From positions 325,587-389,586 of the forward strand of contig CAVYBU010000003.1 of the NCBI GenBank assembly GCA_963766735.1: DNA of 64,000 bases, given 5' to 3'. The notes below the pieces were generated by a model. That model was not told where the DNA came from and made no database searches. It was given only the letters and a program-made list of their open reading frames with translations. How positions within the stretch are numbered: position 1 is the first letter of the stretch; each line of letters opens with the position of its first letter. The stretch comes from an uncultured Chloroflexia bacterium (GTDB lineage Bacteria; Chloroflexota; Limnocylindria; Limnocylindrales; CSP1-4). Of this stretch, positions 20,502 to 29,204 are shown piece by piece. A program made the translations under genes and the position numbers.

Positions 20502-21842
20502 TCAGCGCAACAGCCAGGCGACCTGCTGGCCTTCCGCCGTGGATCCGCTGATGCCGACGACACCGGCCGGCCCGTCCGCGACGAGCCGCGGGCCGTAGTC
20601 GAACTGCGGCCGCTCGGCCTGCGGCAGCTGCGTCCAGGAGACGCCGTCGTCGCTCACCCAGGTCTCGTGCCTCACCCCGCCCCCTTCCCTGCTCTCGGCG
20701 CCGACGGCCACATAGCCGCGATCCGAGAGGACGAGATCCGTCACGGCGGTCACGCTCACCGTGTCTTCGGGGTCCTCCGCGACGGCGGGCGGCCCGGCCG
20801 GGAGCTCCTGCGACTTCCAGCTGGTGCCGTCGGAGGACGACCAGATCGTCGGCGCGCCGGCGCGTCCCGCGTCGACGTCCCAGCCATTCCGCCCGGCGAG
20901 CACCCAGGGGTTGCGGTCGCCCGCCGGGGCCGTGCCCGCGAACACCTCGGCTCCCTGGCCCGGGAAGCCGTCGAGGACGCTCCACGACGCTCCGTCGGCC
21001 GTGATCGCGAGTGTCGTGTTGAGCTCGTAGCCGCTGGCCGCGAGGAGATAGGGCCCGGACGGGTTCGCGACGCCCACGGGAGCGCGGTCGTAGCCCTCCC
21101 AGCCGGCCGGGGGCACCTGCTCGGTGGCTGCCCATGACGTGCCGTCGGCGGAGTGCCACAGCATCCTGCCTCCCAGGCTCTCGCCGGACCAGTCAGAGAG
21201 CGCCGCCGCCCAGCCGCCCTCCGCCACCGGCCATGCCGCGACGAGCTCGCTCAGCTCACCCTTCCCGTTCCCCGTGTAGGCGCGGCGCCAGGCGACGCCG
21301 TCGTCCGAGATCCAGGCGATGGGCGAAATCGAGCAGTCAGGCCCGCCGCCCGTGCTGCCGGGTTCGGTGAGACTGCACGGCGTGTGGCTGTAGCCGCCGA
21401 CGACGAGCACCTCGCGCCCGTTGGTCGCGATCGCCCGGCCGAGCAGGCCGTTCGCATCGGTCGCTTCCGAGCGGTCGCCCTTCAGCGGGAGCTTCACGTT
21501 CTTCCAGGACGCGCCGTCAGCCGAGAACCAGACGCTGCCGGTGGTCCCTTCGAGGGCGACGTAGCCCTCGTCGAACCCGATGATGCCGTTGACGCGAGTC
21601 ACCGGGATGACCCCCAGGCGGTGCCAGGCGAGCGTGTCGGCTGAGCCCGTCCAGGACGACGCCGACGGGCCGGGAGACCCCGGCGAGGGTGCCGCCGTCG
21701 GTGGGATCGGGGCGGAAGTCGCAGTCGGCGACGCGGTCGGAACTGCTGTTGACGGAACTGGGTCCGGCGTTGTCGAGGCTGCCGGCGCAACGCAACCCGC
21801 GACGACAAACAGCACGGCCAGCGCCCCGAGGGCTCGAGTCAT
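20502..21842 (-). CDS. Lipoprotein with Asp-box/BNR-like repeats (beta-propeller)
   Basis: VVAGC lipobox; repeated 'WFSADGASW', 'WISDDGVAW', 'WSSSDGTSW'. Confidence 0.8.
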   Translation of the reverse strand: MTRALGALAVLFVVAGCVAPAASTTPDPVPSTAVPTASPTATSAPIPPTAAPSPGSPGPSASSWTGSADTLAWHRLGVIPVTRVNGIIGFDEGYVALEGTTGSVWFSADGASWKNVKLPLKGDRSEATDANGLLGRAIATNGREVLVVGGYSHTPCSLTEPGSTGGGPDCSISPIAWISDDGVAWRRAYTGNGKGELSELVAAWPVAEGGWAAALSDWSGESLGGRMLWHSADGTSWAATEQVPPAGWEGYDRAPVGVANPSGPYLLAASGYELNTTLAITADGASWSVLDGFPGQGAEVFAGTAPAGDRNPWVLAGRNGWDVDAGRAGAPTIWSSSDGTSWKSQELPAGPPAVAEDPEDTVSVTAVTDLVLSDRGYVAVGAESREGGGVRHETWVSDDGVSWTQLPQAERPQFDYGPRLVADGPAGVVGISGSTAEGQQVAWLLR

Positions 21843-21869
21843 GACCCACCTCTCACAGCTGCGAACGAT

Positions 21870-21900
21870 GATGAGACGCGCAACACGAGCAGGCGTTACC
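21870..21900 (-). promoter_or_regulatory. ECF-type promoter AAC-N16-CGTCTCATC
   Basis: ggtAACgcctgctcgtgttgcgCGTCTCATC upstream of the lipoprotein. Confidence 0.6.
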
Positions 21901-22211
21901 GCGCGCCGGCCGCGAGCCGGTGTCCTCGCATCTGAGGAGGGATCTCCGTGCCCAGGATGGATGCCGGGGAGTCCCGGCGGCTGGCCCACCGCGCCGTCGA
22001 CATCGTCGCCGACATCTCGCCGGCACCCAGGGCGACCCCTCGCAGCCGGCCGCGCTCCCGGTCGGCCCGGACCGCGCTGGCCGCTCCTGGCGGGATCGCT
22101 GGGTGAGCGGCCAGATATTGGGGCCACCCCAGTCGAAGACCGGTAACAGACAGGGGCGTCCGGGCGTCCCGTGGTCGTAGATGTGCCCTTCACCTCGCTC
22201 GAGGAGAGCAG

Positions 22212-22589
22212 ATGACCACCCATCGCCAGCTAGTCGGCCGGATCACCGTGGCGCTGCTCCTCATCGTGATGGCAGCCGGGTGCAGCCGGTTTGGTCCTCA
22301 GCTGACCATCGGCGTCGACCTCACCGGCGGTCCGAAGGAAGCGACGCTGACCGTCGACTCGTCCGGCCCGGGCATGACCGGTGGCGAGGACGTAGTGATC
22401 CTCAATGGGGAGCGGTTTGGGATGAGCATGCCGCTCCCGTCCACGTGGGAAGTCAAGGTCGACGGCAAACACATCATCGGCTCGGGCGATCGGACCGGCG
22501 CGCTCCCGTCACCGGGCCAGGGGCAGGACGTGACGATCTGTATCCGGGTCGCCGCGGATGGCACCGTGAAGCTCGTTGACGCCTGCTAG
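22212..22589 (+). CDS. Hypothetical lipoprotein
   Basis: GAGGAG RBS; 'ALLLIVMAAGC' lipobox. Confidence 0.7.
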   Translation: MTTHRQLVGRITVALLLIVMAAGCSRFGPQLTIGVDLTGGPKEATLTVDSSGPGMTGGEDVVILNGERFGMSMPLPSTWEVKVDGKHIIGSGDRTGALPSPGQGQDVTICIRVAADGTVKLVDAC

Positions 22590-22859
22590 GTCGCTGCGGC
22601 GAGGCAGCCAGGCCCGAGCGGCTGACCAGCTCGAGTCAGCGACAGCGACAGCCGGGAACGAGGACTCGACTTCGCCCCGGTCGGCCAGGGCCGCTGGCGG
22701 CTCGTGGCGGGATCGCAGGACCGGGGCACCGGCGAGGACATCGACAGGGACCGCCTCGGAGGTGATCGTGGCGGCGAAGCCGCGTCCCTCGCTGATCGTG
22801 GCCGGAGGTCCGAACAGGATCTGGAGCCGGTCGATCAGGAGCGCGAGATGACGAAACAA

Positions 22860-23276
22860 CTAGCGGGGGTCGGGCACCATCACCGGACGCAGCGCGAGAC
22901 CCTCGATCCCCGCGAAGTCGTCCGGGTTGCACGTGTAGAGCGGGAGGCCATTGGCGATCGCCGTGGCCGCGATCAACGCGTCGAGCGCCCGGGCGGCCGG
23001 CTTCCGGCCGGACCGGCGGAGCGACGACGCGACCTGGCCGAACGCGCGGGCGGCGGCCGCGTCGAACGGGAGGGGGTCGAAGTCCGCCTCGGCCTGCTGG
23101 ACATGAGCCAGACGACGGGCTCGCTCGGCCTCGTCATTCGTCACGAGTGGCCCGACCGAGAGTTCGGCGAGGGTGATCGCCGAGATGAGCGGGACGTCGG
23201 GCAGGACGGACGGAACGTCGATCCGCGGCAGCAGCAGCAGGGTGCTAGTGTCGAGCAGGCCCTCCGGGTCGCTCAC
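22860..23276 (-). CDS. vapC: PIN-domain toxin, VapC family
   Basis: 'GLLDTS', 'ISAITLAELSVG', 'DALIAATAIANGLPLYTCNPDDF'. Confidence 0.92.
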   Translation of the reverse strand: MSDPEGLLDTSTLLLLPRIDVPSVLPDVPLISAITLAELSVGPLVTNDEAERARRLAHVQQAEADFDPLPFDAAAARAFGQVASSLRRSGRKPAARALDALIAATAIANGLPLYTCNPDDFAGIEGLALRPVMVPDPR

Positions 23277-23509
23277 AGGCCGGGTTCGATCACCGTGTCG
23301 ACCTCGTGGCGCAGCCTCGTCGCATCGACTTCCGGCAGGCGACGCCAGCGCTCGAGGAGCGCGGCCGCCGACAGACCCCGCGGGCGGATGGGCCGCAGCT
23401 CGGCGACCGGTCGCCCGTCGCGCGTCACCGTCACGTGCCCGCCGGTCTCGACGCGGTCGACGACCTCACCTCCGCGGTTGCGCAACTCCCGGATCGTCAC
23501 GGTGTCCAC
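23273..23509 (-). CDS. vapB: Phd/YefM family antitoxin
   Basis: 'VTIRELRNRGGEVVDRVETGGHVTVTRDGRPVAELRP'; 4-bp overlap with the toxin. Confidence 0.88.
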   Translation of the reverse strand: MDTVTIRELRNRGGEVVDRVETGGHVTVTRDGRPVAELRPIRPRGLSAAALLERWRRLPEVDATRLRHEVDTVIEPGL

Positions 23510-23516
23510 GCCAAGA

Positions 23517-23544
23517 ACCGTATCACCGGTGATACACTTGTCAA
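23517..23544 (-). promoter_or_regulatory. TA operon promoter TTGACA-N16-TACGGT with a perfect 16-bp operator palindrome (23520-23535)
   Basis: gtatcaccggtgatac overlaps the spacer and -10; GTG start 7 nt after the -10. Confidence 0.7.
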
Positions 23545-23821
23545 GTGCCACCATGAGCCCCGGGATTGACCGCCAGCGCGATGCCATACAGCCCGCTGCC
23601 GGCGTTGTCGCCGGCGACGATGATGGTCATAGCGACCATGCATGCCACGCAACCGCCGATCACGAGCCCGCCGCCGATCCTTCCCATCCGCATCTCAGGC
23701 TCTCGGTCGATGACAAGGTCGCACGAGGCTGCTTCGAGCAGCCCGCGGCCAACCTTGGCGGCGGTCAGGCGATCCGGCGAGATCCGAACGGCTCCGGCCG
23801 CCGATCGCGGCGCAGGCGCAT

Positions 23822-23889
23822 GAGCGCTGTAGGCTAGTCTTCTGGTCGTCGCTCGGGACGCACATGCGCTTCCTGAGCACGAAACCTGT
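23822..23889 (+). promoter_or_regulatory. Leader/promoter of tRNA-Pro(TGG), homologous to the left half of all junction modules
   Basis: gagcgctgTAGGCTagtcttctgg...gcacatgcgcttcctgagcacga. Confidence 0.6.
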
Positions 23890-23964
23890 CGGGGCGTGGC
23901 GCAACGGTGGCGCACGTGCTTTGGGAGCACGAGGGTGTGGGTTCGAATCCCACCGCCCCGACCA
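23890..23964 (+). tRNA. tRNA-Pro(TGG), intact, encoded CCA
   Basis: CGGGGCG/CGCCCCG acceptor stem; GCGC D stem; CGTGC-TTTGGGA-GCACG anticodon arm; GTGGG-TTCGAAT-CCCAC T arm; 75 nt. Confidence 0.96.
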
Positions 23965-24029
23965 TTCGCTTGAGCAACAGCGGGCCTGTCAGCCCGCCTC
24001 GGACCCCGGAGTGACGCGGCGGGCGCCTG

Positions 24030-24509
24030 CTAGCCGGAGATCCCCTCGAGAAGGGCCTCTGCCTGGAACAGGTTGATCCCGCTGTCGATGAGGTCCAGGA
24101 GCGCCGCCATGGTCCGCTCCTCCTCCACCTGCTCCTCGATGAACCACTGGACGAACTGGAGGGTCCGGTTGTCCTTCGCGTCGCGGGCGGCGTTGGCCAG
24201 CGCCTCGAACTGCTTGGTGACGTGGGCCTCGCTTGCCTGGGCAACCTCGACCGCCGCCCGTGCGGACGCGTAGACGGTGGGCGCGCCGCCGATCTGCGGG
24301 AGGCTGAAGTCGACGTCGTTGTCGATGAGGAACTCGATGATCTTGCCGCCGTGCTCGGCTTCCTCGGTCGACTGGTCATGGAAGAACTTCGCCCAGCCGT
24401 TGAGGCTTTGCCGGGTGAAGTAGAGCGAGATGCCCATGTAGGTCTGGTGGGCAGAGAACTCGCTGGCGATCTGCGCGATAAGGAGCTTGGCGGGCTGGTC
24501 GGCGATCAT
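24030..24509 (-). CDS. ftnA: Non-heme ferritin
   Basis: 'QIASEFSAHQTYMGIS', 'QSTEEAEHG', 'QWFIEEQVEEE'. Confidence 0.9.
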   Translation of the reverse strand: MIADQPAKLLIAQIASEFSAHQTYMGISLYFTRQSLNGWAKFFHDQSTEEAEHGGKIIEFLIDNDVDFSLPQIGGAPTVYASARAAVEVAQASEAHVTKQFEALANAARDAKDNRTLQFVQWFIEEQVEEERTMAALLDLIDSGINLFQAEALLEGISG

Positions 24510-24555
24510 CTCGGGTACCTCATGGTGTGACGCCAGTTCATCATAGCCCCGCGCC

Positions 24556-24582
24556 CTTGACCAGATCTTGAGGAAGCCTTTG
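24556..24582 (+). promoter_or_regulatory. Conserved operator-like box with 11-bp periodic CTTGA repeats
   Basis: cttga-ccagat-cttga-ggaagc-ctttg; near copy at 26643. Confidence 0.55.
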
Positions 24583-24671
24583 TGCTTCCTGCCTTGGACT
24601 GGCGCTCCGCGTCAGGCACGCTGTCGCCATCGACCGGCGTCCTTCCGGCCGGGCACAGGAGCCAGCGTCCC

Positions 24672-26552
24672 ATGACGGATCCCGAGGAGCTGCATCGACT
24701 CGCCGTCGAGCGGCGGAACCAGCGGATGGGCAAGAGCGTCCCCCTGCCCGCTGGCGATGCGCCCCTGGGCGCGGCGACCGGGCCGACCACCACGGTGATA
24801 CCGGTCAAGGGCATGACCTGTCGCGCGTGCGAGGTCCGCATTGCCAGGTACGTCGGTCGGCTCCCGAACGTCGAGAAGGTCACCGCCTCAGCCGTCCAGG
24901 GGCGGGTCGTCGTCGAGAGCTCGGCTCCGGTGCCCCCGGAGGAGATCGAGAGGGCCCTCAACAAGGCCGGCTACGAGATCGGCCACACCCCGTGGCTGGT
25001 GGGAGACCCCAGGATCTGGGCGACGGCCGGTGCCGGCGTCCTGCTCGTCGCGGCCCTCGCCGTCATTGCACAGGTCACCGGGCTCGGCGAACTGGCGTCC
25101 GGGGCCGGCGACCTCGCCCAGGGCGGCATCCTTGTCGCCCTGCTGCTCGGGCTCGCCGCCGGCGTGTCGACGTGCATGGCGCTCGTCGGCGGTCTCGTGC
25201 TCGGGCTGTCCGCGGCCTTCCAGGCCGGCCGGCCGGCCGCGGTTGGCGGCGCCGCTGCGATGCGCCCGGCGCTCGTCTTCGTGGCTGGCCGCGTTGCCGG
25301 CTACGCGATGTTCGGGGCCGCCCTGGGGGCCGTCGGCGCCTCCATCACGATGCCGCCGCAGCTCACCGCCGTCCTCATGTTCACGGTTGCGGGCGTGATG
25401 ATCGTGCTGGGCACCCGCCTGACGGAGCTGTCGCCGCGGATCGCCGGCTGGTCGCCGACCCTCCCGATGGGCTTGGGACGCAGCCTCGGGCTGGGCGACG
25501 GCAACGCCAACGCCTACTCGGACACGCGGGCCGCGACCCTCGGCGCACTCTCGTTCTTCCTGCCCTGCGGCTTCACCCAGGCGATCCAGATCTACGCGCT
25601 CTCGACGGGCTCGCCGCTGTTCGCGGCGGCCCTGCTCGGGGTGTTCGCCATCGGCACGGCACCGGGCCTTCTGGTCCTGGCCGGCCTCCCGGTCGTGGTC
25701 CCCAGTCGGGCGAGGCCAACCCTCCTGCGCCTCGTCGGCGTCGTGGTGATCGGCTTCGCGGTCATGAACGGAAGCGCGGGCCTGCGGCTCTCGGGTATCA
25801 CCTTCCCGTCGCTCGTCGGCTTCGCCAGCGCGGCGCCGCTGCCCGGGACGCTCGGTCCTGACGGCATCCAGGCGATCACCACCTACCAGGACGCAGGCGG
25901 CTACAGCCCCGAGAACATCGTGATCTACGCGGGGTATCCCACACGCTGGACCGTCGAGTCCTCGGACACGAGCTCGTGTGCATCCTCCCTCTGGGCGCCC
26001 GGCGTGAACATCCGGGCGCGTCTCAGCATGGGAGCCAACTCATTCGAGTTGCCCGCCCTCCCGGCGGGGGTTCTCGACTACACCTGTGCGATGGGCATGT
26101 ACAGCGCCAGGATCACGGTGGTCGACCGACCGGCAGACGAGACGGGTGCGATCCCTGCTGCGCCGGCTGGGCCCTCGGTCGTCGCGGTCGAATCGACACC
26201 ACCGGCCGCCGCTGCCGGTAACGCAGCGGCAGACGCTGTCACCGCCACCCCTCCCGGGAGCGAGCCCGCAGCCGCCGTGCAGGAGCTGCGCACCTACCAG
26301 GATGAAGGTGGCTACGGACCGGCCGACGCGCGGATCGTCTCGGGAATTCCAACCCGGTGGACGATCGACTCCCGGTCGTCCGGGAGCTGCGCGGTGTATG
26401 TCGTCGTCCCGTCCCTCGATATCGACGTCGTCCTCCAGCCGGGCGAGAACGTGATCGAGCTCCCCGCGCTCAAGACCGGCACCCTCGACTACACCTGCGG
26501 GATGGGGATGTACTGGGGCTCGATCATGATCGAGGACCCGCCGACGACTTGA
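24672..26552 (+). CDS. HMA domain + DsbD_2/TauE-like membrane domain + two cupredoxin-like domains (heavy-metal/copper protein)
   Basis: 'GMTCRAC', 'STCMALVGG', 'FFLPCGFTQ', and two 'YTC(A/G)MGMY'. Confidence 0.88.
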   Translation: MTDPEELHRLAVERRNQRMGKSVPLPAGDAPLGAATGPTTTVIPVKGMTCRACEVRIARYVGRLPNVEKVTASAVQGRVVVESSAPVPPEEIERALNKAGYEIGHTPWLVGDPRIWATAGAGVLLVAALAVIAQVTGLGELASGAGDLAQGGILVALLLGLAAGVSTCMALVGGLVLGLSAAFQAGRPAAVGGAAAMRPALVFVAGRVAGYAMFGAALGAVGASITMPPQLTAVLMFTVAGVMIVLGTRLTELSPRIAGWSPTLPMGLGRSLGLGDGNANAYSDTRAATLGALSFFLPCGFTQAIQIYALSTGSPLFAAALLGVFAIGTAPGLLVLAGLPVVVPSRARPTLLRLVGVVVIGFAVMNGSAGLRLSGITFPSLVGFASAAPLPGTLGPDGIQAITTYQDAGGYSPENIVIYAGYPTRWTVESSDTSSCASSLWAPGVNIRARLSMGANSFELPALPAGVLDYTCAMGMYSARITVVDRPADETGAIPAAPAGPSVVAVESTPPAAAAGNAAADAVTATPPGSEPAAAVQELRTYQDEGGYGPADARIVSGIPTRWTIDSRSSGSCAVYVVVPSLDIDVVLQPGENVIELPALKTGTLDYTCGMGMYWGSIMIEDPPTT

Positions 26553-26642
26553 CCCGTCCCTCGCGGTGGCCCCCACCCCGACGATGGAGTGCCTCGGCGG
26601 TGGGGCTGGCCGGGGGCGGCCGAGGACACCGGGCCGGACGTC

Positions 26643-26669
26643 GTTGACCGAATCTTGAGGAAGCCCTGA
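26643..26669 (+). promoter_or_regulatory. Second copy of the operator-like box
   Basis: gttga-ccgaat-cttga-ggaagc-cctga. Confidence 0.55.
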
Positions 26670-26779
26670 GCGGGGCTGCATCGACGCGGGGCCTCCTCGG
26701 CGGGACGATAGGTGCGTACCCAACGGGCACATCCTGAAGAGCGAAGCCACCCGCGTCCCGCCAGAATCTGGAGCACGTC

Positions 26780-27355
26780 GTGTCCACCCCTCGCGTCCCC
26801 TCCCGCCGCCCGTGGAGCCGCCGGCTCTGGGCGCTCATCCCCGTGTTCATCGTCTCGCTCGCGCTCGGCGGCAGCGTCGCCGGCTGTTCGAACGCGACCC
26901 AGTCGGATATGCCAGCCGCATCGGCGGTTGCGGGCGCGGATACGGCAGCAGTTGTCGTGCCGATGGGCTCGATGCATATGCCGACGGCCGACGAGGTCAG
27001 CTCCACCTGGAAGGCGCGGCCGGCGTACGTCAAGGATCTGTCCGCCGAGTGGCAGCAGGCCTATGCCTTCGCCCTCGCCCGTCCCGATGTCCTCCAGTGG
27101 CTCCCCTGCTACTGCGGGTGTGAGGGGATTGGCCATCGGAGCAACCTCGACTGCTTCTTCCAGCGCCGCGAGGTCAAGGGCACCTACCAATACGAGGAGC
27201 ACGCCTCCTTCTGCGACATCTGCGTCAAGACCGCGAACATGGCAAGCGACATGCTCCAGCAGGGCAAGACCATGGTCCAGATCCGGGCCGCCGTGGACTC
27301 GACCTACGGCGGCGGAGCGGCGCCCGGCATGGACACGCCCCTGCCGCCGGCCTGA
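26780..27355 (+). CDS. PCYCGC-motif lipoprotein
   Basis: 'LPCYCGC...GHRSNLDCFF', 'HASFCDIC'; VAGC lipobox. Confidence 0.9.
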   Translation: MSTPRVPSRRPWSRRLWALIPVFIVSLALGGSVAGCSNATQSDMPAASAVAGADTAAVVVPMGSMHMPTADEVSSTWKARPAYVKDLSAEWQQAYAFALARPDVLQWLPCYCGCEGIGHRSNLDCFFQRREVKGTYQYEEHASFCDICVKTANMASDMLQQGKTMVQIRAAVDSTYGGGAAPGMDTPLPPA

Positions 27356-27445
27356 CGCACCGATGAGCTGCGCCGCAGGGTTGCGCCGCTCCGCCCGCCG
27401 AGATGCGGACCTCAGCCGGCCGGCGGACGCCGTACCATCGACTGC

Positions 27446-27730
27446 GTGCATGACCTGCCGGCGCCCGTGATGACCTTCCCCACCCTCGATCAGGCCGAAT
27501 CCGCCCTCGACTGGATCGGCCTCGACTTCGCGGACGGCGACGGCTGCTTCGAGGGGGACCTGGCCGAGGATGACGCGGACCTGCTGGAGGCGGCACTGGA
27601 GGACCCGGAGACACCCGAACCGGTGCGCGCGCTGGCGGCGGCGCTGCGGGACGTGCTCACCGCAGCCGGCGCCGATGACGCGCAGGACGATGTGGTTGCC
27701 ATCAGCTGGCGGGTCGACTTCACCGCCTGA
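27446..27730 (+). CDS. Small acidic hypothetical protein
   Basis: GC3-rich ORF with protein-like composition. Confidence 0.5.
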   Translation: MHDLPAPVMTFPTLDQAESALDWIGLDFADGDGCFEGDLAEDDADLLEAALEDPETPEPVRALAAALRDVLTAAGADDAQDDVVAISWRVDFTA

Positions 27731-27863
27731 GCGGTGCTCTGGGGCCCGGGTACACCCGTGACCCGCCCCTCGCCTCGCGTCCGACCCACCGGCGTCCGGC
27801 GCCCCGTCACTGCGACAGCCGCGCCCATCGACAGGCCTTGGGTCGCGGCGTACGATTCTGACC

Positions 27864-29204
27864 ATGGGCACGAACGGCGACCGCCGGATCGGCATCATCT
27901 CGACCCGGCTGGCGGGTACGGACGGGGTCTCGCTCGAGGTGGCCAAGTGGGCCGACGTGCTGGCCCGTCTCGGCTACGACTGCTTCTACCTGGCGGGCCA
28001 GCTCGACAGGCCTCCCGAGGTGAGCCGCCTGGTGCCGGAGGCATTCGACCGCCACCCCGACGTCGAGGCGATCAACGCGGCCGCGTACTCGGGTAGTGGG
28101 GCTGCGACCGCCGCCGCGGACTCCGAGCACCCTGCCATTCGGCGGCGCGACTACTTCTCCCCGTACGTGCGCCCGGACGCCGTGACGCGCCGGATCCACG
28201 AGCTCCGGGCGCACCTCAAGCGCGAGCTATACCTCTTCATCCGCGATTTCGATCTCGGCCTCCTGATCGTGGAAAACGCCTTCTCGATCCCCCTCAACCT
28301 CCCGATGGGGCTGGCGATCGCCGAGGTCGTGGCCGAGACCGGCATCCCGGTCATCGCCCACCACCACGACTTCTCGTGGGAGCGCCAGCGGTTCGCAGTG
28401 AACAGCGTGGGCGACTACCTGGCCGCCGCCTTCCCGCCTGCCCTGCCGTCCATCCGGCACGTCGTCATCAACACGGTCCAGGCACACCAGCTGGCGAGCC
28501 GGACGGGGCTCAGCGCGCAGGTGATCCCCAACGTCATGGACTTCGATCGGCCGCCCGCGCCCCCGGACGAGTACGCGGGTGGCGTGCGCGAGGCGCTCGG
28601 GGTCGTGGACGGTGACTACTTCATCCTGCAGCCGACGCGGATCATCCAGCGGAAGGGGATCGAGCACGCGATCGAGCTGACGCGACGGCTCGACGTGCCG
28701 GCCACCCTGGTGATCTCGCACGCCGGTGGTGACGAGGGCGACGCGTACGCGGAGCGGGTCCGGGAGTTCGCCCACCTGCTGGATGTCCACATCCGGTTCG
28801 AGTCGGACCTGGTGGACGTGGCCCGGGGCCTGACGGCCGACGGGCGCCACGTCTACACGCTGGACGACGTGTACCCGCAGGCGGACCTGGTGACCTACCC
28901 ATCGAGCATCGAGGGCTTCGGCAACGCATTCCTGGAGGCCGTCTACCACCGCCGGCCCATCGTCGTGAACCGCTACTCGATCTACGAGATCGACATCAGG
29001 CCGCACGGTTTCCGGGTGGTGGAGTTCGACAACTACATCAGCCGCGCCACCATCGAGGAGACCTGCCGGCTGCTGACGAACCCGACTCTCGGGGCGGAGT
29101 GGGCCGAGACGAACTACGCGCTGGCCCGCCGGCACTTCTCGTTCGACGTGCTGGAACGGCGCCTGACGGCCGTGCTGGCAGAGTGCTTCGGAGAACGTCG
29201 GTGA
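27864..29204 (+). CDS. GT4 glycosyltransferase (mannosylglucosylglycerate-synthase-like)
   Basis: 'RLAGTDGVSLEVAKW', 'HHHDFSWER', 'LQPTRIIQRKGIEHA', 'YPSSIEGFGNAFLEA'. Confidence 0.85.
   Translation: MGTNGDRRIGIISTRLAGTDGVSLEVAKWADVLARLGYDCFYLAGQLDRPPEVSRLVPEAFDRHPDVEAINAAAYSGSGAATAAADSEHPAIRRRDYFSPYVRPDAVTRRIHELRAHLKRELYLFIRDFDLGLLIVENAFSIPLNLPMGLAIAEVVAETGIPVIAHHHDFSWERQRFAVNSVGDYLAAAFPPALPSIRHVVINTVQAHQLASRTGLSAQVIPNVMDFDRPPAPPDEYAGGVREALGVVDGDYFILQPTRIIQRKGIEHAIELTRRLDVPATLVISHAGGDEGDAYAERVREFAHLLDVHIRFESDLVDVARGLTADGRHVYTLDDVYPQADLVTYPSSIEGFGNAFLEAVYHRRPIVVNRYSIYEIDIRPHGFRVVEFDNYISRATIEETCRLLTNPTLGAEWAETNYALARRHFSFDVLERRLTAVLAECFGERR

Larger units (their letters stand above)
1876..23964 (+). 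mobile_element. Putative tRNA-Pro(TGG)-anchored tandem cassette array: five junction modules plus the terminal intact tRNA; may extend left of the window
   Basis: Direct-repeat modules at 1876, 7903, 8789, 17763 and 18606 and the same leader at 23822; duplicated 701-bp cassette; no integrase seen. Confidence 0.75.
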
